Assembly: GCA_041181145.1 (NCBI GenBank)
Contig: JBEGQE010000041.1
Location: 1-45,055, forward strand
Origin: Cyanobacteriota bacterium
GTDB taxonomy: Bacteria > Cyanobacteriota > Cyanobacteriia > PCC-6307 > Cyanobiaceae
DNA length: 45,055 bases
Reading direction: 5' to 3'
Positions 9,335 to 20,861 of this stretch are shown in pieces (within the stretch, counting starts at the first letter, position 1; every line of letters starts with the position of its first letter). A program made the translations under genes and the position numbers. The notes beneath the pieces were generated by a model, which was not told the origin of the DNA, searched no databases, and worked only from the letters and a program-made list of their open reading frames with translations.

Positions 9335-9517
9335 TCAGACCTGCAGCAGGCGGCAGCCGATCTGGATGCTGCCCTGGTCGAGCAGGCGCCCGAGTTTGAG
9401 CACGAGGGCTTCCTCCAGGCGGTTGAAGCGCGCCTGCTGGGCCGTGATCCAGTCGATCTCCTCGGCGGTGATCACGCCGGTGGAGACGCTCTCAAGGAAC
9501 AGTTCGCCAACGCTCAT
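9335..9517 (-). CDS. Small hypothetical protein (60 aa)
   Basis: ATG start, protein-like composition, fills the intergenic gap. Confidence 0.7.
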   Translation of the reverse strand: MSVGELFLESVSTGVITAEEIDWITAQQARFNRLEEALVLKLGRLLDQGSIQIGCRLLQV

Positions 9518-9658
9518 GGCTGTGTCCGGAGATCTGCACGGAGGCTAGGGAGTGCCGGCGGGGCGACCGGGTTGCGCAATCTCTCTTCACGCAACATCTT
9601 CGGCCCTGGCGTTGCAGGTCTGAGCCGCTATCTTCGGCGCAGCATTGTGTTGCCGTTC

Positions 9659-10018
9659 ATGCTCACCGGATCTGACCTGCTCGCCAAGGTGAAGGAGCTC
9701 GGAGATGTCAGCAAGTCCGATCTCGTGCGCTCCTGTGGCTATGTGAGCAGCAAGAAGGATGGCAGCGAGCGCCTGAACTTCACGGCCTTCTATGAAGCGC
9801 TGCTGGAAGCCAAGGGGCTGAACCTGGGGGGCGGTGGCGGCGGTGGTGGCAAGGCCGGGCGCAAGCTCAGCTACGTGGCCACGGTGCAGGGCAACGGCAA
9901 TCTGCTGGTGGGCAAGGCCTACACCGCCATGCTCGGTCTGCAGCCCGGTGATGAGTTCGAGATCAAGCTGGGCCGCAAGCAGATCAAGCTGATTCCGGCC
10001 GGGGGCGAGGAGGAGTGA
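9659..10018 (+). CDS. Cyanobacterial AbrB-like transcriptional regulator (cyAbrB)
   Basis: MLTGSDLLAKVKEL, CGYV, LNFTAFYEALLEAKG, GRKLSYVATVQGNGNLLVGKAYT, GDEFEIKLGRKQI. ATG 9659. Confidence 0.93.
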   Translation: MLTGSDLLAKVKELGDVSKSDLVRSCGYVSSKKDGSERLNFTAFYEALLEAKGLNLGGGGGGGGKAGRKLSYVATVQGNGNLLVGKAYTAMLGLQPGDEFEIKLGRKQIKLIPAGGEEE

Positions 10019-10082
10019 GTGAGCGGCTGGCGGGAGCGGCTGCTGTCACGCTGCAGCGGTTCCCGGCTGGAGCGTGGCGCCG

Positions 10083-10331
10083 ATGACCTTCTACGAACTG
10101 CTGCTGCAGGGTGAGGCCTTCGGCGACGCCGGCGATCTTGAGGAGGCCATGGCCGCCTTCCGCGAAGCCAGGCCGAAGGAACTCAGCTGGGAGGAGCTCT
10201 GCGCCGATCCCGCTGCCGCACCGGAGATCCGCCGCTACCGCAGTTTCGAGGCCTTTCTCGACAACGAGGATGCGATCGAGACGATCCATCCCACCGCCGC
10301 GATGCTGGAGTCGGCTCCGGCCGACAGCTGA
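10083..10331 (+). CDS. Small acidic hypothetical protein
   Basis: ATG 10083, host-like codon use, co-oriented with neighbours. Confidence 0.7.
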   Translation: MTFYELLLQGEAFGDAGDLEEAMAAFREARPKELSWEELCADPAAAPEIRRYRSFEAFLDNEDAIETIHPTAAMLESAPADS

Positions 10332-10338
10332 GCGGGCC

Positions 10339-10620
10339 ATGGAACCCGTCACGCCCGACTTCGTGCCCAATCCCGCCAGCTGGGGCGCGGAGGTGGTGGT
10401 GATGCAACCGGCCAGCTTTGAAGCGGTGCAGGAGGCTGTGCTGGCCCTGCGCGATCACGCCACGGTGCTGCTCAACCTCAGCTCCCTTCCCCCCGATCAG
10501 GCGCAGCGTGCCGCTGACTTCATGGCCGGTGGAGCCTTTGCCCTCGATGGCCAGCAGGAGCGGCTCGGCGAGATGGTGTTCCTGTTTGCCCCCCATTTCG
10601 TGCAGCTCCGGCGCGGCTGA
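10339..10620 (+). CDS. sepF: Short SepF-family protein
   Basis: EVVVMQPASFE, VLLNL, AQRAADFMAGG.FALDG, VFLFAP. ATG 10339, 93 aa, core domain only. Confidence 0.8.
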   Translation: MEPVTPDFVPNPASWGAEVVVMQPASFEAVQEAVLALRDHATVLLNLSSLPPDQAQRAADFMAGGAFALDGQQERLGEMVFLFAPHFVQLRRG

Positions 10621-10656
10621 AGCGCGAAGCTGGAGCCAGGTTGCAGGCGCGTTGCC

Positions 10657-10959
10657 ATGGAGGCCCTCGAGTTCGATCTGGCGGCGGCAGCCCCGGTAAA
10701 TCACCTCTGGCCCGAGCTGGTGGAGCGCCTGGGGCTGGAGCGCAGTGCCCGTGCGGCGCGGCAGGCCCTGGACCTCCAGGCGATGCGCGGGCTGGCCGGC
10801 ACCCTGCCGCTGCTGCTGGTGGAAACCTGCGGCGTCGGCCTGGTCGATCGCGCCCAGCTGCGCGCGGCGACGGGACTGCCGCTGCCGGAGGGCCGGGCGG
10901 TGCTGCTGCTGTTCAGCCGCAGCCGTCAGGTACTGCAGCTGCTGGAGGTTCAGTCGTAG
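10657..10959 (+). CDS. Hypothetical protein
   Basis: ATG start, 100 aa, plausible composition; 10-bp convergent overlap with the next gene. Confidence 0.65.
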   Translation: MEALEFDLAAAAPVNHLWPELVERLGLERSARAARQALDLQAMRGLAGTLPLLLVETCGVGLVDRAQLRAATGLPLPEGRAVLLLFSRSRQVLQLLEVQS

Positions 10960-11336
10960 CGGCAGGTGGGGGTGAGCCCCGGCACCGTGAATTCCATGAA
11001 CCAGAGGTATTCGCGGCTGCGCCAGCCCAGATCGAAGGGTTCGGTGGCCTGCCAGTCCTGGGGCTCCAGCCCAAAGGCCCGCTGCAGGTAGGCGGGCACC
11101 AGGGCCTCCACCGCTTCCTGCCCCGCTTCGCCTTCATCGAACAGGCGCGCGGTGTAGATCACCGCGAAGATCTCGTGCTCCTCGTCGCAGATCACCACCT
11201 CGAAGTCGTCCGTCTGGGGCGCGAGGCTGTCGTGGGGCAAGGTGTGCAGCTCGAAGTATTCATCGCGCTCGAGCGGATCGCTCGGGGCTCCATCGAGCAG
11301 GGTGGCCAGGGCCTGCTTGAAGCGCTCGAGCGCCAT
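10950..11336 (-). CDS. Acidic hypothetical protein (128 aa)
   Basis: 3' part of the 514-aa track ORF, from ATG 11336 (MALERFKQ...). The upstream part is antisense to the GGDEF gene. Confidence 0.7.
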   Translation of the reverse strand: MALERFKQALATLLDGAPSDPLERDEYFELHTLPHDSLAPQTDDFEVVICDEEHEIFAVIYTARLFDEGEAGQEAVEALVPAYLQRAFGLEPQDWQATEPFDLGWRSREYLWFMEFTVPGLTPTCRYD

Positions 11337-11444
11337 GGATCCTTGCCGTGGGTCCCCAGTGTGACGAGGGCGGGAAACCCGCGCCATGGCCGGCCGCCGA
11401 GCTGTTGCAACCGGCGTAGGTTGAAGCCAGAGGATGCAGTCGCC

Positions 11445-12470
11445 ATGCCTCCCTTCCCCGACTATCCGATCCCTGCCGATGAGCCGCAGCGCCTGCGGGA
11501 TCTGCAGCGCCACGGCGTGCTGGATGGCCCCCGGGATCCGCACCTCGATCGGATCGTGCAGCTGGCTGGCGAGGTGCTCGAGATGCCGATCGCCCTGGTG
11601 TCGCTGGTGGATCGGGATCGCCAGTGGTTCCCCGCGCGCCTGGGGCTGGAGACTCAGCAGACCCCGCGTGAGATGGCCTTCTGCGCCCACGCCATCGCCG
11701 GCGATGGCGTGCTGGTGGTGCCCGATGCCCTCGACGATCAACGGTTTGCCAACAATCCGCTGGTGCTGGGAGAACCGGGCGTGCGCTTCTACGCCGGCGC
11801 ACCGCTGCGCTCGGCCGAGGGCCACAACCTCGGCACCCTGTGTGTGATTGATCGCCGCCCACGCCAGCTTGATGCCGCCAAGCTGCGGCAACTGGAGTGC
11901 ATGGCCGATCTGGTGATGCGTGAACTCGAGCTGCGGCGCCTGAGCAGCCTCTGCTCGATCACCGGTCTGGTGAACCGTGCCAGCTTCTTCCGACTCGGCG
12001 AGGAGGAGGTGCGGCAGGCCCGCCGCGATGGGCGGCCCCTGGCGCTGTTCAATTTCGACATCGACGATTTCCGCCAGATCAACAACCGTTGGGGCCATCA
12101 GGCCGGGGATCAGGTTCTGCGCGATCTGTGCCAGCTCGCCGCCCAGCGGCTCCGACCCCAGGACCTGTTCGGCCGCATCGGCGACGAGGAATTCGCCGTG
12201 CTGCTGCCGGATTGCGAGGCCGACGCGGCGATGGCGATCGCAGAAGGCATCCGCCACGATGTGGGGGCGATGCAGGGGGTGTTCAGCGGCTCGGACTACC
12301 GGCCTTGCCTCAGCGGCGGTGTGACCAGCCTGGTGCCGGCCGATGCGGGCTTCGCCGATCTCTTCTATCGGGCCGATCAGGCTCTCTATCTGGCCAAGGG
12401 CAACGGCCGCGATCAGATCGCCCGCCTGCAGGCCGATGGGGCCAGCAGCGGATGCCCGCCGCGTGGCTGA
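11445..12470 (+). CDS. GAF + GGDEF-domain protein (degenerate active site)
   Basis: GAF: E.QRL..L, FCAHAI, DALDDQRFANNPLV, RFYAGAPL, GTLCVID. GGDEF: TGLVNR, DIDDF, GHQAGD, RIGDEEF, ADQALYLAKGNGR. ATG 11445. Confidence 0.9.
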   Translation: MPPFPDYPIPADEPQRLRDLQRHGVLDGPRDPHLDRIVQLAGEVLEMPIALVSLVDRDRQWFPARLGLETQQTPREMAFCAHAIAGDGVLVVPDALDDQRFANNPLVLGEPGVRFYAGAPLRSAEGHNLGTLCVIDRRPRQLDAAKLRQLECMADLVMRELELRRLSSLCSITGLVNRASFFRLGEEEVRQARRDGRPLALFNFDIDDFRQINNRWGHQAGDQVLRDLCQLAAQRLRPQDLFGRIGDEEFAVLLPDCEADAAMAIAEGIRHDVGAMQGVFSGSDYRPCLSGGVTSLVPADAGFADLFYRADQALYLAKGNGRDQIARLQADGASSGCPPRG

Positions 12471-13143
12471 GCGCCATGACCCTGCCTGGATCATTCACGC
12501 GGCCGATGATCTGCTGGTGCTCGACAAACCCCCGGGCTTGCTGAGCCAGCCGGGTCTGGGGCCTGCGCTCGCCGATTCGCTGATCAGCCGCGTGCAAGGG
12601 CGCTGGCCCGAGGCGCGTCTGGTGCACCGCCTGGATCGGGACACCTCCGGCCTGATCCTGGTGGCCCTGAGTGCCGAGCTGCATCGGGCTCTGAGCGGTC
12701 TGTTCGCCCAGCGCCTGGTGGAGAAGCGCTATTTGGCCGATGTGCAGGGCCGGCCGGCCGCCGCCGAAGGCCGCATCGATCTGGCGATCGCCCGGCGTCA
12801 GCGCCAGCCGCCTCTCTACGGGCCGGATCCGGAGGGCAAGCCCTGCCGCACCCTCTGGCGGTGGCTGGCGCCGGCCCCCAGTGCCGGGGCCAGCCGGCTG
12901 GAACTCCAGCCGCTCACCGGCCGCTCGCATCAGCTGCGCGTGCACCTCAGCGCCATCGGCCACCCGATCCTGGGGGACCCCCTCTACGCTCCGGCAGCAG
13001 CTGGGGCGGGGGCGGAGCAGCAGGAGCGGCAGTCGCCGCCGCCGGTCGGCACCCGTCGCCTGCACTTGCATGCCAGCGCGCTGCGCTTTGCCCATCCGTT
13101 CAGCGGTGAGCCGCTGGCCTTCCGGTCCGCCTGCCCGTTCTGA
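12463..13143 (+). CDS. RluA-family pseudouridine synthase
   Basis: DKPPGL, VHRLDRDTSG, TGRSHQLRVH, GHPILGDPLY, LHLHA. GTG 12463 overlaps the GGDEF gene end; start uncertain. Confidence 0.92.
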   Translation: MAERHDPAWIIHAADDLLVLDKPPGLLSQPGLGPALADSLISRVQGRWPEARLVHRLDRDTSGLILVALSAELHRALSGLFAQRLVEKRYLADVQGRPAAAEGRIDLAIARRQRQPPLYGPDPEGKPCRTLWRWLAPAPSAGASRLELQPLTGRSHQLRVHLSAIGHPILGDPLYAPAAAGAGAEQQERQSPPPVGTRRLHLHASALRFAHPFSGEPLAFRSACPF

Positions 13144-13161
13144 TCGCCACCCCTCGTCGCC

Positions 13162-13458
13162 ATGGCCAGCTCCGCCGCCGCCCTCTCCCCGGCCGTCACC
13201 CTGCTGGGTTATGCGGCCGCCAGCCTCACCACCTTGAGCTTCATCCCCCAGGCCCTCAAGACCCTGCGCAGCGGCGACACCAGTGCGATCTCGCTGCGCA
13301 TGTACGTGCTGTTCACCAGCGGCATCGCCCTCTGGGGCGTGTACGGCCTCCTCACCGGCGATGGGCCGCTGATCGTGGCCAATGCCATCACCCTGGTGAG
13401 TGCGGGCCTGATTCTCGAGCGCAAGGCGCGCTCCGTGCTGCGGCAGCGCCACCGCTGA
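13162..13458 (+). CDS. SemiSWEET (PQ-loop) transporter
   Basis: LTTLSFIPQ, TSAIS, LWGVYG, PLIVAN; 98 aa with three TM segments. Confidence 0.9.
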   Translation: MASSAAALSPAVTLLGYAAASLTTLSFIPQALKTLRSGDTSAISLRMYVLFTSGIALWGVYGLLTGDGPLIVANAITLVSAGLILERKARSVLRQRHR

Positions 13459-13471
13459 GCCTGTTCAGCGC

Positions 13472-14800
13472 TCAGCCCCGTTCACGGCGGTTGCGGGGCG
13501 GCAGGCCGCTGCCCCGCTGCAGCTGCTCGATCCAGCGGCCGCATTGCCAGCGCAGGCCGAGGGCGCCTGCGCTGAGCAGCAGCACCGCCCAGGCCATCGC
13601 ACCGGCCTGGCTGCCACCCAGCCAGGCCAGGGCCGTCAGCCCCGCCAGCAGCAGCAGCCCGCAGAGCCGATGCAGGGCTCGCAGGCGCCGCAGGGCCCCT
13701 GCGCAGCTGCGGCAATGGCGGGTGTGCGCCTCGAGCCGATCCATCAGGGCCGCCTGATCGAGGCGTGCCGGTAGCGGTTGGCCGGGGAACGGCTCGCCGC
13801 CGTAGCGGTTCACCCAGTCGTGCAGGGCGCGGATGTAGAGGTCGGCGCCGGTGGGCAGGTGGAAGTTGCGCAGGGCTCGGTGGCCGCCGCCCCGCTGCTC
13901 GACCACCCGCTCCTGCCAGTGCAGGAACACCTGGTCGTCCTCCAGCACGGTGTGGTTGCCGATGTGCTGCAGCCAGCGCGGTCGCAGGGCCAGCAGCCGG
14001 GCAGGCCAGGGCGACTGGAACTGAAACGGGAAGCGGGCGAACAGGCGGCATTGGCCGCGCTGGGTCGGCGTGGCGTAGACCACGGTGAGGATGCGCGCGA
14101 AGCCCTTCGCCGTGAGGTCGTGCCACATCAGGCACGGCGCCGCGTAGGTGGTGAACTGGCTTCCAAGCCTGCCGCGGCGCGGTCCCTCCTCCCAGACACC
14201 GCTGAAGCCCTGCTGCGAAAAGCTGCTCAGCTCCAGCTGCACCGGCCCGGCGTTCTCGCGGCGTCCCACGGTGGCGTGGTGGGTGAAGGGCACATGGCTC
14301 ACATCCAGCACGTTCTCCAGCAGGGTGAGCGCATCCATCGGCAGGTCGCGGAAGGTGTCCTGCACCAGCCAGCCCTCCGCCTGCAGCACTGGCACCAGCG
14401 GCAGGGCCGTGGCGTCCGCGGCGTCCGCCTCCCCGCTGAACACGAACAGCAGACCCTGGCCGGTGGCGGTGGCATAGGCCCGGCAATGGCTGCGCTGGCC
14501 GATCGCCTGCCCGGACTCCGCCTGGGGGATGGCCGTGCAGCGGCCCTGCCCGTCGAAGCGCCAGCCGTGATAAGGGCACTCCAGCTCGCCATCGCTGGTC
14601 AGCCGTCCCTGCGAGAGGGGCACGAGCCGGTGCGGGCACACGTCGGCGAAGGCGCGCCACTGGCCGCTGCTGCGCTCGAACCACAGCACCAGGTCCTGGC
14701 CCAGCAGGGTGAATGGTGTGGGGCGGGCGGGATCCAGATCGGCCACGTAGGCCACCGGGTACCAGGCCTGTTGCCAGCGGTTGCTGTGGGGGGCGGTCAT
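13472..14800 (-). CDS. Rieske 2Fe-2S oxygenase, pheophorbide a oxygenase (PaO)-like
   Basis: CPHR...CPYHGW Rieske motif, ENVLDVSHVPFTH mononuclear iron site, HTRHCRSC, C-terminal TM segments. Confidence 0.9.
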   Translation of the reverse strand: MTAPHSNRWQQAWYPVAYVADLDPARPTPFTLLGQDLVLWFERSSGQWRAFADVCPHRLVPLSQGRLTSDGELECPYHGWRFDGQGRCTAIPQAESGQAIGQRSHCRAYATATGQGLLFVFSGEADAADATALPLVPVLQAEGWLVQDTFRDLPMDALTLLENVLDVSHVPFTHHATVGRRENAGPVQLELSSFSQQGFSGVWEEGPRRGRLGSQFTTYAAPCLMWHDLTAKGFARILTVVYATPTQRGQCRLFARFPFQFQSPWPARLLALRPRWLQHIGNHTVLEDDQVFLHWQERVVEQRGGGHRALRNFHLPTGADLYIRALHDWVNRYGGEPFPGQPLPARLDQAALMDRLEAHTRHCRSCAGALRRLRALHRLCGLLLLAGLTALAWLGGSQAGAMAWAVLLLSAGALGLRWQCGRWIEQLQRGSGLPPRNRRERG

Positions 14801-14803
14801 CGC

Positions 14804-16909
14804 TCAGGCGCTGTAGCCCTTGCGGGCCGGAATCGGGTAGGGGATGCGACGGTGGCGCATGCGCCGCCACACCCGCACGAAGGCGCGCACCAGCAGTTCC
14901 AGCTCCGCCAGGCTGAGGCCGCTGTCGGCCAGTTGGCCGTCCTGCCAGCGGGCATCGATGATGCGGCGCACCATGGTGCGGGCCTGCTCCTCGCTGGTGT
15001 CGGGCGGCAGTGAGCGCAGGGCGGCTTCGCAGCCATCGGCGAGCATCAGCACGGCGGTTTCGCGGCTGCGTGGATTGGGGCCGCGATAGCGGAAGGCGCT
15101 CTCGAGCACGTTGGGGTCGCGCCGGCGCGCCTCATGCAGGAAGTAGCCCATCTTCAGGGTGCCCTGGTGCTCGGGGATGAAGTCGGCCAGGGGGCGGGGC
15201 AGGCGGTAGCGGCGGGCCAGCCGCAGGCCCTCATCCACGTGGGCCTGGAGGATGCCGGCGCTCAGCTGGGGATCGTCGAGCCGGTCGTGGGGGTTGTCAC
15301 TGCTCTCCTGGTTCTCGATGAACCAGTGGGGACCATGCAGCTTGCCCACATCGTGATACAGCGCGCCGGTGCGAATCAGGTCCACATCGGCATGGATGGT
15401 GCGGGCGCCCTCCTCGGCCAGGCCACAGATCATCAGCGTGTGCTCGAAGGTGCCCGGGGCCTCGCAGGAGAGCCGTCGCAGCAGAGGTCGCTCCAGATCG
15501 GCCAGCTCCAGCAGGCGGCTGCGGGTGAGCAGATCGAAGAAGCTCTCCACCAGCGGGCTGAGCAGCAGCACCGCCAGCAGCAGCCCCCCCAGCAGCAGGG
15601 CCTCCGCCGGTAGGTCCGCGCTGATCGGCAGCAGTCCGTCGCCTTCGCCGCGGGCCAGCGCCAGCTGCAGCAGCAGCCATTCGGCCGCCAGGGCCCCGAG
15701 GGGTACCAGCAGCGTGAGCTGCAGCAGCTGGGCGCGGCTGCGCTGGCGACCGGCCAGCACCGCGGTGGCGGCGGCCACGAGGGCGGCCACGAAAATGCGC
15801 TGGTCGTTGAACGGGGCCAGCGGCAGGGGCCAGAGCAGGCTGCCGGCCGCCAGCCAGGCCAGGCCGGCGCCGGTGCCCAGCCCCTGCGCCAGCAGCAGCG
15901 TTGGCGGCACCAGCAGCGCCAGCGGGCTCACGGCACTGCCGAACCAGAGCTTGCAGCCCTGCACGATCAGCAGCAGGCCCAGGGCCAGCAGGGCTTGGCG
16001 GGGCTCGAGGCTGGCGCGGCTGCGGCGGATCACCATCACCATCACGGCGGCCCCGAGCAGGGCCTCCGAGGCGTGCAGCAGCCAGGCCCCAACCAGCGGA
16101 CGCCGGTTCACCAGGCCGAAGTAATCGAGCACGGCGTAGGCCTGGGCACTGATCGGTTCGCCCTGGCTGGTGATCAGTTGGCCGCGGCTCACATGGATCG
16201 TGGGGATGCCCTGCTGGGTGAGCAGGTCCTCGATCAGCCGTTGGGTGAGGGCGGCATCAATGCGCAGGTTGCTGCGCCCCTGCAGGTTGCCGGCCAGCAG
16301 GCGACTGCCGAGGCTGCGGCCCGGCTCCATCAGACTCTCGAGCTGGAGGCTGGCGGCCCGCTCCAGCTGCTGACGCGCCACGCTGCCCACCACACCCTGT
16401 TGCAGCATGCGCCGCTGGGCCTGCCGCAGCTCGGCTGTCCAGGCGCTCCGCTCAGCGGCCGGCAGCTCGCTCAGCCAGCGCCGCTCCGCCGGTGTGAGCT
16501 GCAGCGGCGCCACCTGGTCCTTCGGAGCGTCGGCCAGGCGGGTGAGGCTCAGCAGCTGCCGCTCCAGCCGCTGCTCCAGCTCATGGTTGATGCGCGGGTC
16601 CACCACCTGCACGTGGCTGCGGGGGCCCAGCTGGGTCCGCCGCTGCTCCAGCTCCTCGGAATCCACCACCGTGGCGGCCTTCGGCGCCCGCAGGGTGAAG
16701 GGGGCGGCCACGCCGGGCCGCAGGCTCGGTTCCACCAGCCAGGGCCAGCTGGACACCAGCGCCACCAGCACACAGGCCAGCAGCACGGCGACGCTGTCGC
16801 GGCGACGCCAGGGCACCAGGGCCTGGCGGGGCTGCTCAAGCCGTTGCAGCTGCCGCCACAGGCGCCGGATCAAGCGCCGTGCTCGATGGCCGGGGCCCGG
16901 GCGGGTCAA
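14804..16909 (-). CDS. Membrane-bound HD/HDIG phosphohydrolase (7TMR-HD, PgpH-like)
   Basis: N-terminal TM, extracellular domain, TM bundle, then EAPGTFEHT, GALYHDVGK, HVDEG, EHQGT, MLADGCEAALRSL. TTG start uncertain. Confidence 0.88.
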   Translation of the reverse strand: MTRPGPGHRARRLIRRLWRQLQRLEQPRQALVPWRRRDSVAVLLACVLVALVSSWPWLVEPSLRPGVAAPFTLRAPKAATVVDSEELEQRRTQLGPRSHVQVVDPRINHELEQRLERQLLSLTRLADAPKDQVAPLQLTPAERRWLSELPAAERSAWTAELRQAQRRMLQQGVVGSVARQQLERAASLQLESLMEPGRSLGSRLLAGNLQGRSNLRIDAALTQRLIEDLLTQQGIPTIHVSRGQLITSQGEPISAQAYAVLDYFGLVNRRPLVGAWLLHASEALLGAAVMVMVIRRSRASLEPRQALLALGLLLIVQGCKLWFGSAVSPLALLVPPTLLLAQGLGTGAGLAWLAAGSLLWPLPLAPFNDQRIFVAALVAAATAVLAGRQRSRAQLLQLTLLVPLGALAAEWLLLQLALARGEGDGLLPISADLPAEALLLGGLLLAVLLLSPLVESFFDLLTRSRLLELADLERPLLRRLSCEAPGTFEHTLMICGLAEEGARTIHADVDLIRTGALYHDVGKLHGPHWFIENQESSDNPHDRLDDPQLSAGILQAHVDEGLRLARRYRLPRPLADFIPEHQGTLKMGYFLHEARRRDPNVLESAFRYRGPNPRSRETAVLMLADGCEAALRSLPPDTSEEQARTMVRRIIDARWQDGQLADSGLSLAELELLVRAFVRVWRRMRHRRIPYPIPARKGYSA

Positions 16910-16981
16910 CGCTGCGGATCAGTGGATGAACAAGCTAGCCCTGCCGTTGCATGCTGAGAGGAGTCGCGCCTCCCTCCCGTC

Positions 16982-19400
<2,419 letters not shown>

Positions 19401-19408
<8 letters not shown>

Positions 19409-20861
19409 CGCCGGGCCGGGCTCCGCATCGCCCGTTCTCACCACCGGCCAGGCGGCGGCGGCGGCGGCCTTCGGCACTTGGCTGGCCGCCCCCTGGGATG
19501 GCACGCCGTTCGTGCTCAGTGGCTACGCCGGCACCGGCAAGACCTTCCTCTGCCGCCAGCTGCTGCTGCAGGTGGAGCGCAGCGGCCTCTGCTGGACCGT
19601 GGTGGCCCCCACCCACAAGGCCGTGGGTGTGCTGCGCCAGCAACTGGCCTGGGCCGGCCTGCAGCCCACCTGGTACCCCAGCACGATCCATCGGCTGCTG
19701 CGGCTCAAGCTGCGCCGCCAGGGGGATCTGGAGCGCTGCGAGGAAACGGAGCAGACCGCCGCCTCCCTGGAGAACCTGGGGCTGGTGCTGGTGGATGAGG
19801 CGTCGATGGTCGACAGCAGCCTGCTGGAGATCGCCCTGCGCTGCGCCCACCCCTTCCGCACCCGGCTGGTGTTCGTGGGCGACCCTGCCCAGCTGCCGCC
19901 GGTGGGGGAGGCCACGAGCCCGGTGTTCGCCATGGGGCGTGCCGCCAGCGCCTGCCTCACCGAGGTGGTGCGCCACCAGGGCCCCGTGCTGCAGCTGGCC
20001 ACGGGGCTGCGCAACGGTCAGCTGCCATGCCGCCGGCCACCGCTGCTGCCGCCGCTGCGCAACGACCAGGGCCAGGTGGCGGCTCTGCCGCGGGCCGACT
20101 GGCTGGCGGCGGCCCAGGCGGGCCTGCGCCGTGCCGCCGAGCTCGACAACCCCGATCACGCCCGCATCCTCTGCTACACCAACCGTGCGCTGGAGGAGTT
20201 GGTGCCGCTGGCCCGTCGCGCCATCCACGGCGCCATGGCCGATCAGCTGCCGGTGCTGCCGGGGGAGGTGCTGATCAGCCGCCTGGCGGTGATGGCACCG
20301 GCCTGCCGCGCCGGTGAGGAGGCCGCCGAGGAGCCGGATCTGCTGCTCGGCTCCAACCGCGAGCTGGTGGTGCGCGATGTGACCCCCGAGCGCTGCGATC
20401 TGGCGGAGTTCGGGGTCGGAACGGGCGATGGGATCACCGCCCCGGTGATCGACACGCTCACCGCCGAGGTGGAGACCGGCGAGACCCGCCTCAGCCTGCG
20501 GCTGCTGCCGCCGGCGGGATCCGCCGCTCGAGCCGCGCTCGATGGGGTGCTGCAGCGCCTGCGGCAGCAGGCCCGCGACGCCGGCAAGCAGGGGGGGCGC
20601 AGCCTCTGGCGCCGCTACTTCCTGGTGCGTGATGCCTTTGCCTCGCTCGGGCCGGCGGCCGTGCTCACCGTGCACCGCAGCCAGGGCAGCACCTTCGGGG
20701 AGGTGTACATCGCCGGCGATGTGTTCTGGCCGGAGGATGCGGTGCTGCGGCGTCAGCTGGTGTACGTGGCGGTGAGCCGGGCCAGCCAGGCGGTGTGGCT
20801 GGTGGGCGATGGCCGGGCGGACCCGGCCGAGCGGCAGCGTTGGACAGACTGGCTCAGCTGA
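19401..20861 (+). CDS. RecD/Dda-like superfamily 1B DNA helicase
   Basis: GYAGTGKT, APTHKA, DEASM, GDPAQLPPV, TVHRSQGSTF, YVAVSRA. TTG 19401 is the likely start. Confidence 0.88.

Noticed and set aside
9827-9850. Gly8 run in cyAbrB
   Set aside because: Mixed codons in the variable inter-domain linker; not a slippage tract.
10641-11444. Apparent long N-terminal extension of the GAF-GGDEF ORF (609 aa)
   Set aside because: It overlaps two better-supported small genes; ATG 11445 follows a -10-like box and begins the GAF region.
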